Shown here in pieces: positions 1-6,899 of a stretch of 39,816 nt of DNA; positions within the stretch are counted from its first letter, which is position 1; each line of letters starts with the position of its first letter. This DNA is from Escherichia phage BA14. The stretch is taken from the sequence record NC_011040.1, one strand, 5' to 3'. A program made the translations under genes and the position numbers. The notes below the pieces were generated by a model, which did not search any database, was not told where the DNA came from, and saw only the letters and a list, made by a program, of their open reading frames with translations.

Positions 1-194
1 TCTCATAGTTCATACAAAGTGTTTACCCCCTATGGCCTCCTTCAGTTCCCCAAAGAGTGCCACCCCTTATGGTAACTTATGGTTTACTTAATGTCAATCA
101 TTATGTGAGACATTGGGTGAATCATTGGGATGACCACTAGATATAGTGTGTGGGAGACCTTATGACCACTATATGTAGTCCTCTCTGTGTCCCT
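1..194. repeat. Left direct terminal repeat (exact copy of 39623-39816)
   Basis: Bases 1-194 are identical to 39623-39816 when read from the sequence; T7-family genomes carry terminal direct repeats of this size. Confidence 0.95.
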
Positions 195-205
195 ATCTGT
201 AATTA

Positions 206-300
206 CCTTATGTTTCCTCTTAGGGTATAACTGAGAGTATCACCTTATGTCTATCCTTATGGCTGCCTATCCTTATGTTAACCTTCAGTCGGTGCCTTCA
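206..300. repeat. Array of CCTTATG/CTCTTAG/CCTTCAG heptamer repeats just inside the left terminal repeat
   Basis: CCTTATG at 206, 243, 255, 271; related CTCTTAG at 217 and CCTTCAG at 283 and 294; same heptamer also inside the terminal repeat (65, 158). Confidence 0.6.
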
Positions 301-352
301 GTCTATAGACCTAGCGTTACCACTATTAGACCAGCCTTAAAGACCATACAGC

Positions 353-375
353 TTATACGACTCACTATTGAGAAT
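353..375 (+). promoter_or_regulatory. Phage RNAP promoter, T7 phiOL-like (cttatACGACTCACTATTgagaa)
   Basis: Matches T7-type promoter core -13 to -1; downstream initiating region is GAGAA rather than GGGAGA, so probably weak. Confidence 0.55.
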
Positions 376-459
376 GTTGTTTATAGTCTTAATTACTATT
401 CCCTCCTTATAGGGATAACTTAAAGACTACTTAAAGACGACTTTTTGTTACTTTAAGTA

Positions 460-488
460 TTGACTCTGAGAAACAGCTATGAGACTAT
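460..488 (+). promoter_or_regulatory. Candidate host sigma70 early promoter (TTGACT-N17-GACTAT), A1-like
   Basis: Perfect -35-like TTGACT with 17-nt spacer to a -10-like hexamer; position corresponds to the T7 A1 region. Confidence 0.4.
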
Positions 489-594
489 AGCAACCGTTGA
501 GAGACACAACGCTACCAACCACTAGACAAGACCACGAGTTATCTAGTGAGGCTGAAGGGTCTCAAGTAGTCATCAACCAGACACACGAAAGTGG

Positions 595-623
595 TTGACT
601 CAACGAAAGCAATAACGTAGTAT
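595..623 (+). promoter_or_regulatory. Candidate host sigma70 early promoter (TTGACT-N17-TAGTAT)
   Basis: -35 TTGACT at 595-600, 17-nt spacer, -10 TAGTAT at 618-623. Confidence 0.45.
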
Positions 624-684
624 AGCAGTCGTCAACAACTGGTCGCCCTCTGAAACAACATGAGGTGTCACGGTGAGAAAGTAG

Positions 685-714
685 TTGACAAGCAGTAACG
701 ATAAGATGTAAGAT
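685..714 (+). promoter_or_regulatory. Candidate host sigma70 early promoter (TTGACA-N18-TAAGAT), A2-like
   Basis: Consensus -35 TTGACA at 685-690 and TAAGAT at 709-714; same hexamers as I recall for T7 A2. Confidence 0.5.
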
Positions 715-833
715 GTACGACATGCAGTAAGGGTGTAGGGATAGGAACCGAGAAACCTGCCCGTGACCCGCCAACGGATAAGGCACTAGCCGTGAGTCGA
801 ATTCGGTCACTCATCGCATAAAAGAATAACAGG

Positions 834-862
834 TTGACAGTCTCCTTTAAAAACTGTAAGCT
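834..862 (+). promoter_or_regulatory. Candidate host sigma70 early promoter (TTGACA-N17-TAAGCT), A3-like
   Basis: -35 TTGACA at 834-839, 17-nt spacer, -10-like TAAGCT at 857-862. Confidence 0.4.
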
Positions 863-988
863 GTACCGGAAACATACATAACGTTCTTGTGAGGTCACAC
901 ACTGAAAGTGACTCGGTGCTAACAAACCTGCACTTAAAGCTCTTTAACAATTTGGAATAGCACTCTTGAGATGGCGGCACTAGCGATT

Positions 989-1022
989 AACTCAAGGTGA
1001 CTCGAAAGAGAAGCCTTTATGA
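989..1022 (+). promoter_or_regulatory. Possible RNase III-type hairpin upstream of gene 0.3 (R0.3 position)
   Basis: aACTCAAGGTgactcgaaagagAAGCCTTt shares the AACTCAAGGT...GCCTT motif of the clearer hairpins at 6301, 6821 and 13571, but pairing is imperfect. Confidence 0.3.
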
Positions 1023-1049
1023 TAATCACTGCAACTGAGGAACCATCCC

Positions 1050-1508
1050 ATGATTCATACTAAAGAACAAGCTAACGTTTTCTATGTACTGGTAAGCGCA
1101 TTCCGTTCTAACCTCGACGATGAGGTCAACATGAGTCGCCACCGCCACATGGTTAACAACCTGCGCAACGCACCGGGTCTTTATGGTAGCGTTGAGTCTA
1201 CCGATTTAACTGGCTGTTACCGCGAAGCCATCTCAAGTGCACCGACTGAAGAGAAAACAATCCGTGTACGTTGTAAAGACAAGGCACAGGTTCTCAATGT
1301 CGCACGTCTGGCTTGTAACGAGTGGGAACAAGATTGCGTACTGGTCTATAAGTCACAGACTCACACGGCTGGCTTAGTGTACGCTAAAGGCATCGACGGG
1401 TACAAAGCTGAACGTCTGCACGGTAGCTTCCAGCGCATCCCTAAAGGTGCACCAATTCAAGGCTGCTTCACGGTTGACGAGTTCGGCAAATACTGGCAGG
1501 TAGCATAA
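1050..1508 (+). CDS. 0.3: S-adenosylmethionine-cleaving anti-restriction protein (T3 gene 0.3-type SAMase/SAM lyase)
   Basis: 152-aa ORF with RBS GAGG; sequence closely matches my recollection of T3 gp0.3 and is unrelated to T7 Ocr; first gene after the early promoters. Confidence 0.8.
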   Translation: MIHTKEQANVFYVLVSAFRSNLDDEVNMSRHRHMVNNLRNAPGLYGSVESTDLTGCYREAISSAPTEEKTIRVRCKDKAQVLNVARLACNEWEQDCVLVYKSQTHTAGLVYAKGIDGYKAERLHGSFQRIPKGAPIQGCFTVDEFGKYWQVA

Positions 1509-1509
1509 C

Positions 1510-1707
1510 ATGGTCGCACTCTTTGTAATCACAATGTACGCTCTGATTGGGGCGTACTTCCTAAGAGACTTCCGCAAGGGTCTCAAGGTACACAAGGCTA
1601 ACTTCTCGCACTTGAAGTATGGCTTTCTACCACGATTCACAGTCCGTGAACGCAACGGGCGCTTTAAGGCTAACAAGGTTGGTATCTTCTATGTTGCAAC
1701 ACATTAA
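1510..1707 (+). CDS. Small early membrane protein, hypothetical (gene 0.4-0.6 interval)
   Basis: 65-aa ORF beginning 2 nt after the gene 0.3 stop; N-terminal hydrophobic helix (VALFVITMYALIGAYFL) then a basic tail; weak RBS. Confidence 0.45.
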   Translation: MVALFVITMYALIGAYFLRDFRKGLKVHKANFSHLKYGFLPRFTVRERNGRFKANKVGIFYVATH

Positions 1708-1811
1708 ACGCAATATCGGCTTCTACATGGTCTTCGTTGTATGGCCTACGCTCTGTATTATCTTCATGAAATAACACTCTCACAATCTTCTCTCTTAAAG
1801 GACACAATCTA

Positions 1812-2912
1812 ATGAACTACACCGACATTCAGGCACGTCTGGCAATCATCAAGTCCCTCCCGATTAGCGAACTGGACAAGCGCCAGACTCTTCTGGTTGC
1901 ACTGGCTGCTGACATCGTGAACGGTGAGACAAGCGATGGCAACGACACTGAAGGCTCAAATGGCTTGGAGTATCAGGACTGGTGGAACACCTTGGGCGCT
2001 CTCATGCGTGATGCAGGTTTCCGCATGTTGGGTAATGGTCACTTCAGTGCGGCCTACTCGCACGAAATGTTACCGGGCCGAGTCATCAAGGTTGGCTTTA
2101 AGAAAGAGGATTCAGGCGCAGCATACACTGCATTCTGTAGGATGCACCAAGGCCGAGCGGGTATCCCTAACGTCTATCACGTAGCACGTCATGCAGGTTG
2201 CTATACGGTTGTTCTTGACAAGCTGGTAGCATGTGACCGCGATAATTATGACCATGAGGTATACGCTGACCTCGCACGTTACTTTGTGGAGTCGGATTGC
2301 CATGACGCAAGCGACTTTGCACCGGGTGACTACGAGTTCATTGAGACCTGCCAGCTTATCCGCAAGTTCTTCAAAGGGATTGCATCGTTTGACATGCACA
2401 GCGGGAACATTATGTTCTCTGAAGATGGCACACCATACATCACTGACCCGGTTAGCTTCTCACATGACCGTGAACGTGAGGACGGCTTCCCTCTGGACCC
2501 GGATGCACTGATTGCCGAGGTCGAGGCAATAGCTAACGAGCGCATGATTGAACGTTGTCGCAACCGCAAGGCCAAGCGTGACCCTAACGGAACCTTTCAG
2601 GTTAACCACAAGGCCGCAATGAAACGCCGCAAGCGCAACCGTAAGCTGCGTGCCAAACGTGGTGCCGAGGTTGCACAGCACTTTGTACAGCGTAGACATG
2701 AACAAAAGCAGGAACTAAGGGACGCTATGAGGGCGCAAGATTGGATGGGTGCGCACAACTGGCACAACATGTGGTTACACAACAACAATGCAGACGTAAT
2801 CATGATTGACAAGGTGAAAGCCTTTGAGTGGAAACAGGCAGAACGCATGGCTCTTATGCAATGCCGCTCACTTCCAATCGACAAGTTACTTGACGCACAA
2901 CTGCAAGGCTGA
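1812..2912 (+). CDS. 0.7: Serine/threonine protein kinase, host shutoff (gp0.7)
   Basis: 366 aa; conserved blocks GNGHFSAAYSH, RVIKVGFKKEDSGAAYTAFCRM, HSGNIMFS and YITDPVSFS match T7 gp0.7 as I recall it. Confidence 0.9.
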   Translation: MNYTDIQARLAIIKSLPISELDKRQTLLVALAADIVNGETSDGNDTEGSNGLEYQDWWNTLGALMRDAGFRMLGNGHFSAAYSHEMLPGRVIKVGFKKEDSGAAYTAFCRMHQGRAGIPNVYHVARHAGCYTVVLDKLVACDRDNYDHEVYADLARYFVESDCHDASDFAPGDYEFIETCQLIRKFFKGIASFDMHSGNIMFSEDGTPYITDPVSFSHDREREDGFPLDPDALIAEVEAIANERMIERCRNRKAKRDPNGTFQVNHKAAMKRRKRNRKLRAKRGAEVAQHFVQRRHEQKQELRDAMRAQDWMGAHNWHNMWLHNNNADVIMIDKVKAFEWKQAERMALMQCRSLPIDKLLDAQLQG

Positions 2913-2926
2913 TAAGGTGTATCTTC

Positions 2927-2951
2927 AAGGTCGGCACTGACTGCTGGCCTT
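2927..2951 (+). promoter_or_regulatory. RNase III-type hairpin upstream of gene 1 (R1 position)
   Basis: AAGGTCGGCA-ctgac-TGCTGGCCTT forms a 10-bp stem with G-U pairs; 35 nt upstream of the RNAP start. Confidence 0.5.
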
Positions 2952-2985
2952 TATAGATAAACTTTCTTAACAACGTGAGGCAACA

Positions 2986-5637
2986 ATGACTAACGTAATC
3001 AACGCACCAAAGAATGACTTCTCTGACATCGCTAATGCAATCCAGCCGTACAACATTCTGGCTGACCATTACGGTGCACAGCTTGCAGCTACGCAGCTTG
3101 AGTTGGAGCATGAAGCTCACACTGAGGGCGAGAAGCGTTTCCTTAAGGCGATGGAACGTCAAATCAAAGCGGGTGAGTTCGGTGATAACGCAGTGGCTAA
3201 ACCGCTCCTGTCATCCCTCGCACCAAAGTTCATCGAAGCGTGGAACACTTGGTTCACTGAAGTTGAAGCGAAGCGTGGCAAGCGTCCAGTGGCCTACAAT
3301 CTGGTACAGAAGGTTGCACCCGAAGCGGCTGCTTTCATCACACTTAAGGTCACACTCGCTTGCTTGACGAAAGAAGAGTTCACCAACCTGCAATCAGTCG
3401 CTACTAAGATTGGTCGTAGCATTGAAGATGAACTGCGTTTCGGTCGCATCCGTGACGAAGAAGCGAAGCACTTTAAGAACCACGTACAGGAGGCACTGAA
3501 CAAGCGCGTTGGTATCGTCTACAAGAAAGCATTCATGCAAGCCGTAGAAGGCAAGATGTTAGACGCTGGTCAACTGCAAACCAAGTGGACTACATGGACA
3601 CCTGAAGAATCAATTCACGTTGGTGTGCGCATGTTGGAACTGCTCATCGGGTCTACTGGTCTCGTTGAGTTACACCGACCGTTTGCTGGTAACGTTGAGA
3701 AGGATGGCGAGTACATTCAACTGACCGAACAATACGTTGACCTGTTATCTAAGCGTGCTGGTGCACTGGCTGCAATTGCTCCGATGTACCAACCATGTGT
3801 AGTTCCTCCGAAGCCTTGGACGAGTCCGGTCGGTGGTGGCTATTGGGCTGCTGGTCGCAAGCCTCTCTCTCTGGTTCGCACTGGTAGCAAGAAGGGACTT
3901 GAGCGTTACAACGATGTGTATATGCCTGAAGTTTACAAGGCGGTGAACATCGCACAGAATACTCCTTGGAAGATTAACAAGAAGGTTCTGGCAGTGGTCA
4001 ACGAGATTGTGAACTGGAAGCATTGCCCGGTTGACGATGTACCTGCTCTCGAACGTGGTGAACTGCCTATCAAACCTGAAGACATCGACACGAACGAAGC
4101 GGCTCTGAAAGCGTGGAAGAAAGCGGCCTCCGCAATCTATCGCAAAGAGAAAGCACGAGTTTCTCGCCGCATGAGCATGGAGTTCATGTTAGGTCAGGCC
4201 AATAAGTTCGCACAGTTCAAAGCTATCTGGTTCCCGATGAATATGGACTGGCGCGGTCGAGTGTATGCGGTCCCAATGTTTAACCCGCAAGGCAACGACA
4301 TGACCAAAGGCTTGCTGACGCTCGCTAAAGGTAAACCAATCGGTGTCGATGGGTACTACTGGCTGAAGATTCACGGTGCTAACACTGCTGGTGTGGACAA
4401 GGTGGACTTCGCTGAACGTATCAAGTTCATTGATGATAACCATGAGAACATCATGAGCGTTGCGGCTGACCCTATCGCTAACACTTGGTGGGCTGAACAA
4501 GATTCTCCGTTCTGCTTCCTCGCATTCTGCTTTGAGTATGCAGGAGTCCAGCACCACGGGATGAAATACAACTGCTCTCTTCCGCTGGCGTTTGATGGTA
4601 GCTGCTCCGGTATTCAGCACTTCTCCGCAATGCTTCGTGATGAAATTGGTGGTCGCGCTGTTAACTTACTGCCGAGCAAGGAAGTCCAAGACATCTACCG
4701 CATCGTAGCGGAACGTGTCAACGAGATTCTGAAGCAAGATGTAATCAATGGCACCGACAACGAAGTCGAAATCGTGACCAATAAGGACACTGGCGAAATC
4801 ACTGAGAAGCTCAAGCTGGGAACTAAGGAACTGGCTGGTCAATGGTTAGCATACGGTGTTACTCGTAAGGTGACTAAGCGTTCCGTTATGACCTTGGCGT
4901 ATGGTTCCAAAGAGTACGGCTTCCGTGACCAAGTGCTAGAGGATACCATTCAGCCAGCTATCGACGATGGCAAGGGCTTGATGTTCACTCAACCGAACCA
5001 AGCGGCTGGCTACATGGCTAAACTGATTTGGAACGCAGTAACGGTGACAGTGGTCGCAGCGGTTGAAGCAATGAACTGGCTGAAGTCTGCGGCTAAACTT
5101 CTGGCTGCTGAAGTAAAGGACAAGAAGACCAAAGAGGTTCTCCGTAAGCGCTGTGCGGTACATTGGGTTACTCCTGATGGCTTCCCGGTCTGGCAGGAAT
5201 ACAAGAAGCCAGTACAGACCCGCTTGAACCTGATGTTCTTAGGCCAGATTCGTCTACAGCCTACCGTGAACACCAACAAGGATAGCGGAATTGACGCACG
5301 TAAGCAGGAGTCAGGCATTGCACCTAACTTTGTCCACTCAATGGATGGTAGCCACCTCCGCATGACCGTGGTGCGCTCCTATGAGGTCTACGGTGTGGAA
5401 TCGTTCGCACTGATTCACGACTCCTTTGGTACTATCCCTGCTGATGCTGGCAACCTGTTCAAAGCAGTGCGTGAAACGATGGTCAACACTTACGAAGAGA
5501 ACGATGTACTTGCAGACTTCTATGAGCAATTTGCTGACCAGTTGCACGAATCACAGCTTGACAAGATGCCTGAGATGCCAGCTAAAGGTTCTCTGGACCT
5601 GCAAGAAATCCTGAAGTCAGACTTTGCGTTTGCCTAA
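2986..5637 (+). CDS. 1: Single-subunit DNA-directed RNA polymerase (gp1)
   Basis: 883 aa, near-collinear with T7 RNAP as I recall it (e.g. AIWFPMNMDWRGRVYAV, FDGSCSGIQHFSAML, specificity-loop region QPTVNTNKDSGIDARKQESG, C-terminal FAFA). Confidence 0.98.
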   Translation: MTNVINAPKNDFSDIANAIQPYNILADHYGAQLAATQLELEHEAHTEGEKRFLKAMERQIKAGEFGDNAVAKPLLSSLAPKFIEAWNTWFTEVEAKRGKRPVAYNLVQKVAPEAAAFITLKVTLACLTKEEFTNLQSVATKIGRSIEDELRFGRIRDEEAKHFKNHVQEALNKRVGIVYKKAFMQAVEGKMLDAGQLQTKWTTWTPEESIHVGVRMLELLIGSTGLVELHRPFAGNVEKDGEYIQLTEQYVDLLSKRAGALAAIAPMYQPCVVPPKPWTSPVGGGYWAAGRKPLSLVRTGSKKGLERYNDVYMPEVYKAVNIAQNTPWKINKKVLAVVNEIVNWKHCPVDDVPALERGELPIKPEDIDTNEAALKAWKKAASAIYRKEKARVSRRMSMEFMLGQANKFAQFKAIWFPMNMDWRGRVYAVPMFNPQGNDMTKGLLTLAKGKPIGVDGYYWLKIHGANTAGVDKVDFAERIKFIDDNHENIMSVAADPIANTWWAEQDSPFCFLAFCFEYAGVQHHGMKYNCSLPLAFDGSCSGIQHFSAMLRDEIGGRAVNLLPSKEVQDIYRIVAERVNEILKQDVINGTDNEVEIVTNKDTGEITEKLKLGTKELAGQWLAYGVTRKVTKRSVMTLAYGSKEYGFRDQVLEDTIQPAIDDGKGLMFTQPNQAAGYMAKLIWNAVTVTVVAAVEAMNWLKSAAKLLAAEVKDKKTKEVLRKRCAVHWVTPDGFPVWQEYKKPVQTRLNLMFLGQIRLQPTVNTNKDSGIDARKQESGIAPNFVHSMDGSHLRMTVVRSYEVYGVESFALIHDSFGTIPADAGNLFKAVRETMVNTYEENDVLADFYEQFADQLHESQLDKMPEMPAKGSLDLQEILKSDFAFA

Positions 5638-5644
5638 CGGAATC

Positions 5645-5667
5645 TAATACGACTCACTATTGGGAGA
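5645..5667 (+). promoter_or_regulatory. Phage RNAP promoter TAATACGACTCACTATTGGGAGA
   Basis: Full 23-bp match to T7-family consensus except T at -1; transcript begins with a GGGAGACCC...GGGTTTCCC 5' stem-loop. Confidence 0.85.
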
Positions 5668-5727
5668 CCCTTGGGGTTTCCCTACTTTAAGATAACTTTA
5701 AGTTTAACTTTAAGAGGAAACATAATC

Positions 5728-6285
5728 ATGTTTACTTTCATCACTTCAGTAGGCGCTCTCGTATCAACCATTCTTGCAGCAACATACTATAATCGTTCAA
5801 AGGTATTTCTCACTAAGCTAATCAAAGAAGAGAAGAACTCTCATGCACTCAAAGAGAGACTTGAAGATGGATGGCGAGAGAAGCAGGAACTAGCTGGTCG
5901 AATCCGTACCTTAGAGTTCGAACAACAATATGACATGTCGAACCAACGAGAACTCATTGAGCGTCTACGTGCTGAGGCAGTGGAGTACCGCAAGGAACTT
6001 AAAGAAGCCAAGAAGATTATCCGTGAGTATACACACAGTGACATCACGTCTATCAAGTTTACTGCTCACATCCCGGATGCTGGATGGAAGCGCACTGAGT
6101 TCAAGCTGGGTCTTGGCTCGTGTGGTAAGCAAGTCACATGTCTACATTGGGTTGAACAAGCCGACCGCTATCTGCTGACACAGACGTGCACTGACGGTGA
6201 GCGCAAAGAGTTCACCTACTATAAGAAAGATGTAGCGGGTCGCATTGAGATTGCACGTAAGGTTGCAGACAATACGACTCACTAA
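5728..6285 (+). CDS. Hypothetical membrane-anchored coiled-coil protein (gene 1.05 position)
   Basis: 185 aa from ATG 5728 preceded by AGAGGAAAC RBS and a TTAACTTTA epsilon-like motif; N-terminal TM helix, charged heptad-rich middle, Cys-containing C-terminus; sits between gene 1 and gene 1.1. Confidence 0.7.
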   Translation: MFTFITSVGALVSTILAATYYNRSKVFLTKLIKEEKNSHALKERLEDGWREKQELAGRIRTLEFEQQYDMSNQRELIERLRAEAVEYRKELKEAKKIIREYTHSDITSIKFTAHIPDAGWKRTEFKLGLGSCGKQVTCLHWVEQADRYLLTQTCTDGERKEFTYYKKDVAGRIEIARKVADNTTH

Positions 6286-6292
6286 TGGGAAA
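6270..6292 (+). promoter_or_regulatory. Phage RNAP promoter cAATACGACTCACTAATGGGAAA (phi1.1-like)
   Basis: T7-family promoter core; the stop codon of the upstream ORF (6283-6285) lies inside it. Confidence 0.8.
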
Positions 6293-6300
6293 CACTGAAA

Positions 6301-6343
6301 GTTAAACTCAAGGTCATCACTTCTGGTGGCCTTCATGATTAAC
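6301..6343 (+). promoter_or_regulatory. RNase III-type processing hairpin (R1.1 position)
   Basis: Lower stem GTTAA/TTAAC, internal loop, upper stem AAGGTCAT/GTGGCCTT; same element recurs at 6821 and 13571. Confidence 0.6.
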
Positions 6344-6376
6344 TGTCATTAACTATACACACAAGGAAACAACATT

Positions 6377-6526
6377 ATGCGTACCAACTTCGAACCAACT
6401 ACCAAGCGCAACAACGTAATCAATGAACACGGTGCTGAATGGCAGGAACGTAAAGACCGCATGAAGAAACGCCACAAGACACAACGTGGCAACGCTGAGA
6501 AACGTAACTGGAAGGAGGCACTCTAA
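6377..6526 (+). CDS. 1.1: Small basic protein gp1.1
   Basis: 49-aa ORF (below the ORF-track cutoff) with RBS AAGGAAAC; highly basic, as for T7 gp1.1; stop overlaps the gene 1.2 start (TAATG). Confidence 0.6.
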   Translation: MRTNFEPTTKRNNVINEHGAEWQERKDRMKKRHKTQRGNAEKRNWKEAL

Positions 6527-6798
6527 TGGGTCGCTTATACAGTGGTAACTTAATAGCATACAAAGACGCTATCGAACGACTCAAAGAAGACCACGATGTG
6601 AGTGTGGTCGTTGAGACTTTCCGCTATGAGAACTATGCGAGGATGCGCTGGGTATCAGGTGAGACTCTTCGAGTGGTCTTGCGGAATGGATTAGTGTTAA
6701 CCTCCAAGTGTTTCGAACAGGACGATGAAGACGTTCGCTGCAATGCACAGACTGAATGGCTTCGTAAGGTACACAGTGACCTGAAGCACTGGAAGTAA
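6526..6798 (+). CDS. 1.2: gp1.2, inhibitor of host dGTP triphosphohydrolase
   Basis: 90 aa; N-terminus MGRLYSGNL and C-terminus DLKHWK match T7 gp1.2 as I recall it. Confidence 0.8.
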   Translation: MGRLYSGNLIAYKDAIERLKEDHDVSVVVETFRYENYARMRWVSGETLRVVLRNGLVLTSKCFEQDDEDVRCNAQTEWLRKVHSDLKHWK

Positions 6799-6818
6799 TA
6801 CGACTCACTAATGCGAGA
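6796..6818 (+). promoter_or_regulatory. Phage RNAP promoter TAATACGACTCACTAATGCGAGA (phi1.3-like)
   Basis: T7-family promoter core overlapping the gene 1.2 stop; initiating region GCGAGA is atypical. Confidence 0.7.
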
Positions 6819-6820
6819 GA

Positions 6821-6862
6821 GCTAAACTCAAGGTCATCTATACGGTGGCCTTTGTGATTAAC
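6821..6862 (+). promoter_or_regulatory. RNase III-type processing hairpin (R1.3 position)
   Basis: GCTAAACTCAAGGTCATctatacGGTGGCCTTTGTGATTAAC, second copy of the 6301 element. Confidence 0.6.
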
Positions 6863-6899
6863 TTTTGTTTACTTAATAACCAACAATAGGAGTTCCATC

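Noticed and set aside
1727-1774. 15-codon ORF between the 65-aa early ORF and the kinase gene
   Set aside because: Too short and without a convincing RBS.
5671-5727. Upstream extension of the 5728-6285 ORF (ORF track start 5671)
   Set aside because: Would start at TTG only 10 nt from the transcription start and inside the 5' stem-loop; the ATG at 5728 has a proper RBS.
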